Shown here: positions 1 through 10,500 of the stretch, one piece after another
How positions within the stretch are numbered: the first letter of the stretch is position 1
Layout of the letters: each line of letters starts with the position of its first letter
Source of the DNA: Anaerolineales bacterium
GTDB taxonomy: Bacteria > Chloroflexota > Anaerolineae > Aggregatilineales > J027
Assembly (NCBI GenBank): GCA_020634155.1
Contig: JACKCI010000001.1
Coordinates: 1,337,306-1,401,305, forward strand
Reading direction: 5' to 3'
Length of the DNA stretch: 64,000 nt
Made by a program: the position numbers and the translations under genes
Notes under the pieces: generated by a model
Told to the model about the DNA's origin: nothing
The model's input: only the letters and a program-made list of their open reading frames with translations
Database searches by the model: none

Positions 1-38
1 AATCATCGTTCCGCGCGTTGTTGTCATACAGTCAATTG

Positions 39-3000
39 GTTGAAGGCTTGATTGACCCGTTGAGGGTACTGAAATGCCGAAAAAATGAAGGGCGCACGAA
101 GACGACGCGCGTTGAAGGCTTGATTGACCCGTTGAGGGTACTGAAATAAGATATTCAACATTCACATTATCCAACCACGTATACGTTGAAGGCTTGATTG
201 ACCCGTTGAGGGTACTGAAATCGGTGAAGCCTTTTGGCAAAAACGGTTTTTAATCAGTTGAAGGCTTGATTGACCCGTTGAGGGTACTGAAATGTGAGGA
301 CTGGCAAATAATCGGGCGGGACGACACCGTTGAAGGCTTGATTGACCCGTTGAGGGTACTGAAATAATGGCGTCCACATCCTGCTGGGTGTACTGAGCAG
401 GTTGAAGGCTTGATTGACCCGTTGAGGGTACTGAAATTTATTATGGCCCGACTTACGCCGCACCAATTCAAGGTTGAAGGCTTGATTGACCCGTTGAGGG
501 TACTGAAATCGCGTATAACCACCTTGTAGAAAGGTTGAATAGCCGTTGAAGGCTTGATTGACCCGTTGAGGGTACTGAAATCGCAACAAAAAAAAGACCC
601 CCGTCGCTCTGATGGGGGTTGAAGGCTTGATTGACCCGTTGAGGGTACTGAAATTTTGCGCCAACAATATAGGCTACCGCAACGATAACGTTGAAGGCTT
701 GATTGACCCGTTGAGGGTACTGAAATAGCGAATTGTGTGTACACGTATCCGACCACCCAAGGTTGAAGGCTTGATTGACCCGTTGAGGGTACTGAAATTG
801 CCTCGCGTGGTTCGCTGGTTGCGGGTGCTGCTTTGTTGAAGGCTTGATTGACCCGTTGAGGGTACTGAAATCACCCCTAGCCCATCCCCACACGTGGAGA
901 GGGGTGGTTGAAGGCTTGATTGACCCGTTGAGGGTACTGAAATATACTCAATCGAACCTCACTTAACTTTACATTGAGTTGAAGGCTTGATTGACCCGTT
1001 GAGGGTACTGAAATTTGTCAACGCCGACAAGGGCATTGGTGGTTTCGCCGTTGAAGGCTTGATTGACCCGTTGAGGGTACTGAAATTCATGAATCGGTTG
1101 GCGGGTTCCGTCTCATTATCTGTTGAAGGCTTGATTGACCCGTTGAGGGTACTGAAATTTGTCAGCCTGTGTGGATTACCAGCGGCCCGTATGGTTGAAG
1201 GCTTGATTGACCCGTTGAGGGTACTGAAATATGCAAGGGCATTAAAGGTGGCCTCAAGGTCGATTTGTTGAAGGCTTGATTGACCCGTTGAGGGTACTGA
1301 AATAACAGGATGTCCCATTGGGCGACGGTGAGGTTTAAGTTGAAGGCTTGATTGACCCGTTGAGGGTACTGAAATTGATGAATTTTATATTCCTAGCGAA
1401 TGGCGTTTAGTTGAAGGCTTGATTGACCCGTTGAGGGTACTGAAATAGCCAAAGAGAACTGCGATTCTTGCAAGCGTTACAGTTGAAGGCTTGATTGACC
1501 CGTTGAGGGTACTGAAATACGTCGCCCTCGCTTGATGACCTTATCAATATCGTGACGTTGAAGGCTTGATTGACCCGTTGAGGGTACTGAAATATCGGCC
1601 TAGCGGGTCATTTATACAGGCGTTGCCGGTTGAAGGCTTGATTGACCCGTTGAGGGTACTGAAATATAACTCGCCGCCTCCTTTGCGGCCTTTGCTCAAG
1701 GTTGAAGGCTTGATTGACCCGTTGAGGGTACTGAAATGATAGGGGAGGCGAGGCCGTAAACACCACAGACTGTTGAAGGCTTGATTGACCCGTTGAGGGT
1801 ACTGAAATCCCGCTTGGAAAATACCTACAAACGCGCCCGGCAAGTTGAAGGCTTGATTGACCCGTTGAGGGTACTGAAATGCAATTTATCACGCGGGTTT
1901 GGTGATGAACTCGGCGTTGAAGGCTTGATTGACCCGTTGAGGGTACTGAAATTCGGTCAACTGTTCGCAGAGCAGGAGGCTTAACAGTTGAAGGCTTGAT
2001 TGACCCGTTGAGGGTACTGAAATTAATGGGTTAATCTTAATTACAGAAAAAGCAATCGGTTGAAGGCTTGATTGACCCGTTGAGGGTACTGAAATTGCAC
2101 CATGACAATAGGTTTCATGGCGCTATTGGCAGTTGAAGGCTTGATTGACCCGTTGAGGGTACTGAAATAACGCTTGCCAACGCTAAATGACCTTGCGGCT
2201 GTGTTGAAGGCTTGATTGACCCGTTGAGGGTACTGAAATACCGCTACACCCAAACCAACGTGTGAGGTTGAATGGTTGAAGGCTTGATTGACCCGTTGAG
2301 GGTACTGAAATATTGGGTGGGGAATATGCGAGAGGGCAAGGTGTTAGTTGAAGGCTTGATTGACCCGTTGAGGGTACTGAAATATGAGGGGGAGTTTCAT
2401 AAGACGGGCTTCACGCGGGTTGAAGGCTTGATTGACCCGTTGAGGGTACTGAAATTCGCGTTGTCTTGAGAGTAGCACAGCGTTAAACATGTTGAAGGCT
2501 TGATTGACCCGTTGAGGGTACTGAAATTGCAAATCGCTCCCCGCCGCGCTCATGCCGTCACGGTTGAAGGCTTGATTGACCCGTTGAGGGTACTGAAATA
2601 CACGTGGAGAGGGGGATAAGACGGGGGGAGATGGGTTGAAGGCTTGATTGACCCGTTGAGGGTACTGAAATCGCCATGCTGCAATATGGCAAGTGGGCGT
2701 GGCGATGTTGAAGGCTTGATTGACCCGTTGAGGGTACTGAAATTGATGGAACGCATCTAGGGTCGCAACTGGTAGCAGTGGTTGAAGGCTTGATTGACCC
2801 GTTGAGGGTACTGAAATGTCCGGTTATCGCCTTAGTAGATTACAAAATGCTAGGTTGAAGGCTTGATTGACCCGTTGAGGGTACTGAAATTCAACAGCGC
2901 CTAGCAACCGTTCAAGCCGACGCTTGGTTGAAGGCTTGATTGACCCGTTGAGGGTACTGAAATCACTGATGGAAACGGTAGTAGTACATGCGGTTATAAG

Positions 3001-4190
3001 TTGAAGGCTTGATTGACCCGTTGAGGGTACTGAAATTCTTGAAACAGTGTAGCCCACGCAAGGCGGGCCTCGGTTGAAGGCTTGATTGACCCGTTGAGGG
3101 TACTGAAATAACAGGTCAACAACCAGCACCACCAACCGACGCAAGTTGAAGGCTTGATTGACCCGTTGAGGGTACTGAAATTACGTTTGCCATGCTCCTA
3201 GATGATGTTGCCGAGGGTTGAAGGCTTGATTGACCCGTTGAGGGTACTGAAATGTTAGTTCTTGCTCTTTATTAGCCGCCTCAATAATGTTGAAGGCTTG
3301 ATTGACCCGTTGAGGGTACTGAAATTTTTGGGTGCTAAAAGATGGTAAGCGCTCGATTATGTTGAAGGCTTGATTGACCCGTTGAGGGTACTGAAATCTA
3401 TACCTTCGATAGTAACGCCACTGCAGCAGCGCGTTGAAGGCTTGATTGACCCGTTGAGGGTACTGAAATTGCACTGCCGTAGGGTAGTACACAGTATCCA
3501 GATTGTTGAAGGCTTGATTGACCCGTTGAGGGTACTGAAATAGACATGACCATAGGCTATGAGCCTGTCATAATTCAGTTGAAGGCTTGATTGACCCGTT
3601 GAGGGTACTGAAATACTTCAGTTAAGTCGTTGTCGTTATTGCTGACAGTTGAAGGCTTGATTGACCCGTTGAGGGTACTGAAATGCCGTCGCAATGGTTA
3701 GGCGCGTGCTGAAGAAATCGTTGAAGGCTTGATTGACCCGTTGAGGGTACTGAAATTCGCAAATGCGAGGGTCATTGACCGTTCCGTCGTTGTTGAAGGC
3801 TTGATTGACCCGTTGAGGGTACTGAAATAATACACCCGGCTATGAGGCGGGGTTCTGGGCGGGGTTGAAGGCTTGATTGACCCGTTGAGGGTACTGAAAT
3901 ACTGTTCACAGATGACCGGGAACAGGGCATAGTCGGGTTGAAGGCTTGATTGACCCGTTGAGGGTACTGAAATTTTGCAGAGGGATTCACCAAACAGCAA
4001 CGGCGGGGGTTGAAGGCTTGATTGACCCGTTGAGGGTACTGAAATCACGCGCTAGGGCGGGGGGAGATAATCAAAAGTGGGGTTGAAGGCTTGATTGACC
4101 CGTTGAGGGTACTGAAATATTGACATTGTGGTATGAGTCGGGAAATGCGTTTAGTTGAAGGCTTGATTGACCCGTTGAGGGTACTGAAAT
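39..4190 (+). repeat. CRISPR repeat-allele block A: 58 consecutive repeats with T at repeat position 11
   Basis: Manual enumeration of repeat starts (39, 111, 185 ... 4082, 4154). All copies read GTTGAAGGCTTGATTG... Confidence 0.9.
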
Positions 4191-4225
4191 AGAACCCCGC
4201 CGACAGCGCTATCAGCACTGAGGAT

Positions 4226-5849
4226 GTTGAAGGCTCGATTGACCCGTTGAGGGTACTGAAATAACAATCTGCACTTGGTTGCTGGTCTTCGCCAGCTGTT
4301 GAAGGCTCGATTGACCCGTTGAGGGTACTGAAATTATAATTGACACCTGTCTCGCTCATGCTGGTCAACTGTTGAAGGCTCGATTGACCCGTTGAGGGTA
4401 CTGAAATGCAACGCCATTGCCACTCCCCGTCCAAGGCGTGCCGTTGAAGGCTCGATTGACCCGTTGAGGGTACTGAAATCCCCTCCCCAAGTCGATACTA
4501 CACTAGCTACGCCAGGTTGAAGGCTCGATTGACCCGTTGAGGGTACTGAAATAGCAGATTCGGGTACCGTTGTTCATCTACCAGCGCGTTGAAGGCTCGA
4601 TTGACCCGTTGAGGGTACTGAAATATTACGCGGAAAGAGAGGCGGCTGATGAGGCCGTCTGTTGAAGGCTCGATTGACCCGTTGAGGGTACTGAAATACG
4701 TCATGGGCAGACCCTCATCGGGCCGTTCATCGTTGAAGGCTCGATTGACCCGTTGAGGGTACTGAAATGCGTTTTTGCGGTTGATGCCGGGGGCCAATAG
4801 CATGTTGAAGGCTCGATTGACCCGTTGAGGGTACTGAAATGTGTTCAGTGACCCCCATCTTACCGCACGCCCGCCGTTGAAGGCTCGATTGACCCGTTGA
4901 GGGTACTGAAATATGACATCGTTGAAAGGATTATCTGACCAAAATGGGTTGAAGGCTCGATTGACCCGTTGAGGGTACTGAAATAAAGGCAAGCATGAAC
5001 AACCACCCCCGCCCACCACGTTGAAGGCTCGATTGACCCGTTGAGGGTACTGAAATAAAGCAATAATCATGTTCTATATTCAGTTGTTGACGGTTGAAGG
5101 CTCGATTGACCCGTTGAGGGTACTGAAATTCGCAGGTAGGGCAGCAAGTCCTGAGCAAATATGCGTTGAAGGCTCGATTGACCCGTTGAGGGTACTGAAA
5201 TAATTACATGCGGGCCATTGTACGCGACGCTGACGGTTGAAGGCTCGATTGACCCGTTGAGGGTACTGAAATAGCGCGGCCCGTGTCGCTTCCCGCGTAG
5301 GCATAAAGTTGAAGGCTCGATTGACCCGTTGAGGGTACTGAAATCTCGGATGGTTGCGGCTCGTTGCCATTATCACCCGGTTGAAGGCTCGATTGACCCG
5401 TTGAGGGTACTGAAATAATACAAAGCCTTGGTTGAGGCGCTGCGGGGTTAAGTTGAAGGCTCGATTGACCCGTTGAGGGTACTGAAATATGAACTTTGAG
5501 CAGATATTAGAGGCGTGGCGCTTGTTGAAGGCTCGATTGACCCGTTGAGGGTACTGAAATTTGTCAAATAAGCCCCTTGCAAGTTAGCCTCTTGCGTTGA
5601 AGGCTCGATTGACCCGTTGAGGGTACTGAAATATTTCCTCAGCGGTCATGCCCGTTTGCGCTTGTAGGTTGAAGGCTCGATTGACCCGTTGAGGGTACTG
5701 AAATATTGAAATACTTGGTCATCAGTCCCGACTATCCATGTTGAAGGCTCGATTGACCCGTTGAGGGTACTGAAATAACACATAGGCTATGCTTTGGTCA
5801 ATTCCGTTTTGGGTTGAAGGCTCGATTGACCCGTTGAGGGTACTGAAAT
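4226..5849 (+). repeat. CRISPR repeat-allele block B: 23 consecutive repeats with C at repeat position 11
   Basis: Repeat starts 4226, 4298 ... 5740, 5813 all read GTTGAAGGCTCGATTG... There is no intermixing with allele T. Confidence 0.9.
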
Positions 5850-6099
5850 CATAATGAGCGCGTGGTGCGGTTCAAAAATGCCAATGTTGAAATTGTTCTG
5901 TGCTACTTTCCAGCTATTTACATCAGACAATAAGACAAGCGTCTGCTACCGCGCAACAAGGCCTCAATCTCCGACTGATTCAGACCATGATTTACTACTA
6001 TTTCAATGTTTATAAAGCGTGAGAGAATATGAAAGGGATTGGAGTCGCATCCTCAGCAGCAAGCCATCTATTGGCTGCAAAAGGATCAATTCACAAAAC

Positions 6100-6246
6100 T
6101 TAGCCTTCTTGGCGAGGGCGTCGCGGCTTTTTGGTATTCTTTCCCTTATTAATCGCCCAAACAAAGCTGACCAGACCTACATTAAGGATGGTCAACCCCA
6201 TTGGCAACCAATGGTTAATATCAAAAAGTGGCACACACACGGTCAT
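6100..6246 (-). CDS. Possible 48-aa small membrane protein (below the ORF-track size cut-off)
   Basis: ATG at 6246-6244 is preceded by GAAAGGAG with a 4-nt spacer. Translation: MTVCVPLFDINHWLPMGLTILNVGLVSFVWAINKGKNTKKPRRPRQEG, one hydrophobic helix plus a basic tail. Stop TAA at 6102-6100. No homology was recognised. Confidence 0.3.
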   Translation of the reverse strand: MTVCVPLFDINHWLPMGLTILNVGLVSFVWAINKGKNTKKPRRPRQEG

Positions 6247-6814
6247 GCGGCTCCTTTCTGCTACTTGATAATGCTAGACCCGTTACGACCTAGTGCGAGG
6301 AGGCGCTCCATCCCAATTTTTTAGTATTGATGAGATGTGCTGTTTTCGCAAATCTTTCGGGTGTCGATTGACCACCATACTGGCTCAAGGTGGCGGAGAG
6401 TGCGCCTTAACTCCACCTATCCTACTGATTCACAAAGACGGCAATGCAGTTCAACATCGCCGTCTGCATGTTCACCAAGTTTGTGTCTCGATGGTCAAAT
6501 GGTTGGACAAGCGCAATACAATATTTGCCATTACCTACTCTTGAATGACGGCGTGAGTTAACTCGTTCAACGTCACCTCCAACGCCAAGGAGCGCAGGCG
6601 CGTCATCTAAGTGAAATCGGCTTTGGCATCAGGGGCCTCGGCATTCAGCAAATAGGTCGCTTTAGCTTGACCTGTATGAGTTGTTTATGGTCTAAGTCAT
6701 TGTTACTCAAAAAAGCTGGGGGGTAGATTGAAAATCCTCAAATTATGATCTACTGAGTATAATTCTCATAGCAACACTGAATGGACATGGGCTGACCAAT
6801 AAGAGAATTAGAAA

Positions 6815-7549
6815 ATGGGTGAACATACTGAGTCGTGGTTTGAAGAAAAACTGGTTGTTGATGACGCCACCCTTGCCAACATTGAAAAGTCACTAGCATC
6901 TACCCCTATTGCAAAAACAATTACCGATACCCAGCGGCTTGTCCGGGGAATTGTGCGTGTTGATCGACCGCGCTGGCGCAAACTTTCCCCCGACGGGCAC
7001 CAGTTCTTGACCGCTGGTACTGCCGCTGATTATTATCTGGTGCGCTTAGGCTTCCAATTTGATTTTCCACCAGAAGCCGAAGTCTATAACCCGCGTTTCG
7101 TCTTTGCACGGTGTGAAGCAGCAATTTGGCCCGAACATGACACCCAGCCAGCACCCGTCATTTACGACCTCTATCCCCAAAACCTGACAGATGGCAACAA
7201 GCCAATGCAAGTGTCGCTCAAATTTGCGCCTAAGATTACCGTTGCGCCCACCATAGAGGTAGCCGGGCCGGAAGCTGGGGTAGCATGGGAGCAAGGCATT
7301 GTCGAACCTTCGTGTACTGGATTTCCGGGTGAACATGAACAACGCCCTTATTGGACACTCCGCCCCAAAAGCAAGTCGTTGATCGGGTTGCGTCATTTTT
7401 GGATGGTGATTGAAGCACCGCAAACTTGCACAGGTATTCGGCTAAAGGTGCAGGCGCGGGCCGACATAGAGTCGAAGTTATTTGGACTTATCTCGATGAA
7501 GCCAAGTGAGCCGGAATGGGCATCACGGCGTAGTATTGTGATTTCTTGA
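6815..7549 (+). CDS. Hypothetical 244-aa protein, first gene of the target-1 operon
   Basis: Clean ORF on the same strand, ending 15 nt before the target-1 start, so co-transcription is likely. The ORFs overlapping it on the opposite strand (for example 6921-7154 and 7046-7423) look like antisense artefacts. I recognise no catalytic or binding motif and no signal peptide or TM segment. Confidence 0.6.
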   Translation: MGEHTESWFEEKLVVDDATLANIEKSLASTPIAKTITDTQRLVRGIVRVDRPRWRKLSPDGHQFLTAGTAADYYLVRLGFQFDFPPEAEVYNPRFVFARCEAAIWPEHDTQPAPVIYDLYPQNLTDGNKPMQVSLKFAPKITVAPTIEVAGPEAGVAWEQGIVEPSCTGFPGEHEQRPYWTLRPKSKSLIGLRHFWMVIEAPQTCTGIRLKVQARADIESKLFGLISMKPSEPEWASRRSIVIS

Positions 7550-7564
7550 GAGGACAAACGATTT

Positions 7565-10500
7565 ATGCCCGAAGATAAGGTGAAGATTCCGCCAGATGTG
7601 CGGACGAGTATTGACGACCCAGAACGGTTAGCCGCCATACTCAAGCTCTCCACGCGGCTAAACCAGATTCATATGCAGCGTGCGATTCATGAGGGCAAAT
7701 CCGGTGCGGGTGTTTATTTAGTGCAGCTTTACTTTGCCCGTACCCAAGATCGAGAACGTGGACTTGAGGGCTATGCCTATCTCAAGGTGGATACGGCTGA
7801 CATAATCAAGACTGAGCTAGGCAAACATGAATCCGTTCGTCGGGGTGCTATGGAGCCATTCGTACCCGAAATTATCGAGGACTTGCACGAGCCACCCAAT
7901 GGGAGACCGCCTCAAGCCGCCTTGTTCTACGCACCAGCGGGCAAGACGACCAAATCCGCCAATTCTTTCGCACAATTGGTGAAAAATGGCGAGGTAAGCA
8001 ACAGCGATGTGCAAAGCATTGTTCAGACATTGAGCAGCGCACTCACGGGTTGGAATCCGCCGGACACCTGCTACAAAGAGCGCATACCCATGACAGCACG
8101 GGAATGGTTCCTACACCTGCTCAACTGCGGTAGCGATTCGGGTATGCGCCTAAGCGATATTCAGCGCTTAGATGTCTGCCCCACTATCGACAAGCCCCTG
8201 ATGCGCTTTCGAGAGTTGGGATGGGAGCTACCCAACCCGCGAGCCTATGCGCTAAACACTGACTTGTGGCGGTCGGCAACGCTACATGGCCCAACGGGCA
8301 ACATTCATGGCGATTTACATGGCGGCAATATCATCTGTCGTACCGATAGCGTTGGCTCCTTGCAACTCATCGACTTTGCACGCCACCAGCGCGACAAAGC
8401 GATTTTCTATGACTTGGCCTATTTGGAACTCGACACCATTTTGCATGTGATGCGCGGTGCAGATTGGGATGAATGGCGGCAATTGTTGGAACACCTCGCC
8501 CCACCTGTCAGCCATGATAGGCCCGTGCCAGCGACCGTGCTGCTCGAAAAAGAGCCGCCCAAGGTGCTGGCTGATCGGGCATGGCACTTCGTTCAGCCTG
8601 TGCGCGAGGTCGCACAGACCTACCTTAATGCCTGTACCACCCCTGATCTCAAGACCGAATTTGCCCAGCAATGGTGGCTCGCCGCCGCCGCAGTGGGCTT
8701 GGTATTCGCACAACGCAGCAGCTTCGCCAATCACCCCGAACAAATGCAGGCCTATCTCTATGCGGCAGTCTGCCTTGAGCGGGCCTTGACTGCCTGTCAG
8801 ATTGACCTCCCTATTCAGACCGACCCTGCCCCATGTTCATTAAACGCTACCGCCAGCACATCAGCCCCTACCGTTAAACTACACCCCCTCATCACCGATT
8901 ATGGACGTGATTTAGCCGCAGCCCTGCAAGAGTATGGCGATTTTTATGTAGACATGAGTGGTGAACAAAGCCCCACTATCCTCAATCCGGAAACGCCCAC
9001 CTCGAGACGCTTTGACCATATCCCACGCCCACACGCCCACCGCATCAAGGTCACAGCAGGGTTGGAAATGAAAGATAACCCCAGCGAAGGGGCCGCCAGC
9101 AGCAAGCCGATTGCCAATGTGCGCGATGCCTTGCGCCAAGCAGGACGGATTGTGCTGTTGGGAGAGCCGGGCAGCGGCAAGACCACCACCCTCAATCGTT
9201 TGGCCTTGGATTATGCCCACAGTCTAGAGACCAACCCCAACGGCTTGATTCCCGTGGTGGTGCCATTAAGCAACTATCGGGGGAGCAGCATCGAGGACTT
9301 CCATGCCTATGTGCAGCAGTGCCTCGCAACGCCCAACTTGGCTGCTATCATTGACCGCAGCCGCCTGCTGGTGCTGTGCGACGCGCTCAACGAGATGCCG
9401 CGCCAAGACCCCCGCACCCTCACCTCATTGCAGCAAGCCCTGCCCGCCTACCCCCATGTGATGGTCTCCTGCCGTGAAAAAGACTTTAACAACAACGACC
9501 TAGACGGCGCAGGCCGCCTCGAAGTGGTGGACATTAAGCCCCTGACCCCACCCCAGATGAAAGCCATCATCGACCAATACCTCTATCGTGATGCTACCGA
9601 TGGCGAATGGCACGGGTTAGCACCCGCAACCGCCCACGACTTATGGGAACATGAGTTGCTCGGAAACGACCTGTTGTTGGCAGCATGGACTGAAATGGCT
9701 GACAACGATGCAGCAGCGGCTTTTTGGCGCAACGAAGACCCGCCCGAACCCCTGTTACGCGACAAGGATAGATACGGTGGCAATTGGTGGCGAGATTTGG
9801 ACAAGCGCGACGAGATGCGGCGGGCGATGCTTGGCGACAAGAAGGGCTTGATGCTGCTGTGTCGCAACCCCTATATGCTCAGTACCTTGGTGATTGGCCT
9901 ATATGTGGAGACCGGGCGCATCCCCAACAATCGCGGCGCGTTGTTTAACGATTTTGTGGATGCCTTGATTACCCGCGAGATTGAAAACGCGCAGAAGCGC
10001 CAAGAGCCTTGGCCGCCCCAAACCGACCAGCGCCTTATCGCAGCCCTTAGCAACCTTGCCGAGGCCATGCAACTGAAGCGTAACGTGACCAGCTTGCCCA
10101 AAACCGAGGCCATGCCGTTCTTGGGCGATGCGTTGTGGCCCCTAGCTGTGCAGTGCAGCATTCTACAAGACCTCAGCGATCGGGTGCGCTTCAGCCACCA
10201 ACTGCTCCAAGAGTATTTCGCCAGCCGCAAGATGGGCGAAGACATGGACAATGCGGTTCCAGCCACCAAGTATTGGGCGGCTGACCGTTGGTGGGAACGG
10301 GTGGGGGCCGAGCAAACCGCGCTAATTTTGGCGGGGGTGCGGGCGGCAGGCGACCGTCAAGGCTTGGTCGAGGTCGTCCAATGGATCGCCACAGCCCAGC
10401 CCGAATTGGCCCTCGATTGTGTCATCGAAGTCGATGGCGAACCGCCCACCCTTGACCTTGGGTTGCTGGACATCCTAGCAGCAGCAGCCCGCGCCAAGCA

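Larger units (their letters stand above)
1..5922 (+). CRISPR. Large CRISPR array (81 complete repeats in window; continues beyond the left edge)
   Basis: The 37-nt direct repeat GTTGAAGGCT[T/C]GATTGACCCGTTGAGGGTACTGAAAT recurs with a 70-75-nt period. The first full copy is at 39-75 and the last at 5813-5849. There are 80 complete unique spacers of 33-38 nt, and nt 1-38 is a cut spacer. The + orientation is inferred from the GTT...GAAAT repeat ends. It is also supported by a decayed repeat-like sequence (GTTGAA, then divergent) exactly one spacer length after the last repeat (5886-5922). That would place the leader upstream of nt 1. All track ORFs inside 162-5376 are repeat-translation artefacts (recurring STLNGSIKPST / QYPQRVNQAFN / SVPSTGQSSLQ peptides). 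Confidence 0.97.

Noticed and set aside
510-4947. Three spacers contain a GTTGAA string resembling the repeat 5' end (510-544, 2240-2274, 4913-4947). This could hint at slipped integration or repeat-derived spacers.
   Set aside because: A 6-mer is expected about once by chance in 2.8 kb of spacer sequence. Three occurrences without longer repeat similarity are not convincing.
162-5376. Dozens of 60-190-aa ORFs on both strands inside the first 5.4 kb, with recurring peptides such as FSTLNGSIKPST, FQYPQRVNQAFN, ISVPSTGQSSLQ and VEGLIDPLRVLK.
   Set aside because: They are translations of the 37-nt CRISPR repeat in different frames, joined by spacers. The periodicity equals the repeat period, so they are not genes.
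5850-6000. Alternative reading in which the AT-rich stretch after the last repeat is the CRISPR leader, with the array transcribed on the minus strand.
   Set aside because: Two observations favour this being the trailer end: the repeat ends (GTT...GAAAT) and a decayed repeat-like sequence one spacer length after the last repeat. The evidence is indirect, so orientation confidence is moderate only.
6019-6561. Three overlapping + strand ORFs (101, 83 and 74 aa) just downstream of the CRISPR array; also checked as possible cas gene remnants.
   Set aside because: They are mutually overlapping in different frames, have no RBS and translate to Arg/Cys/Ser-rich sequences. I saw no Cas-like motifs. 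Only the 48-aa minus-strand ORF with a strong RBS (6100-6246) is retained, at low confidence.
6660-6700. Possible sigma-70-like promoter (TTGACC ... TATGGT / TCTAAG) upstream of the 244-aa gene, and TTGACA at 22288 upstream of the Mo-hydroxylase operon.
   Set aside because: The spacing between the -35-like and -10-like hexamers is wrong (13 or 27 nt). I cannot support promoter calls by eye.
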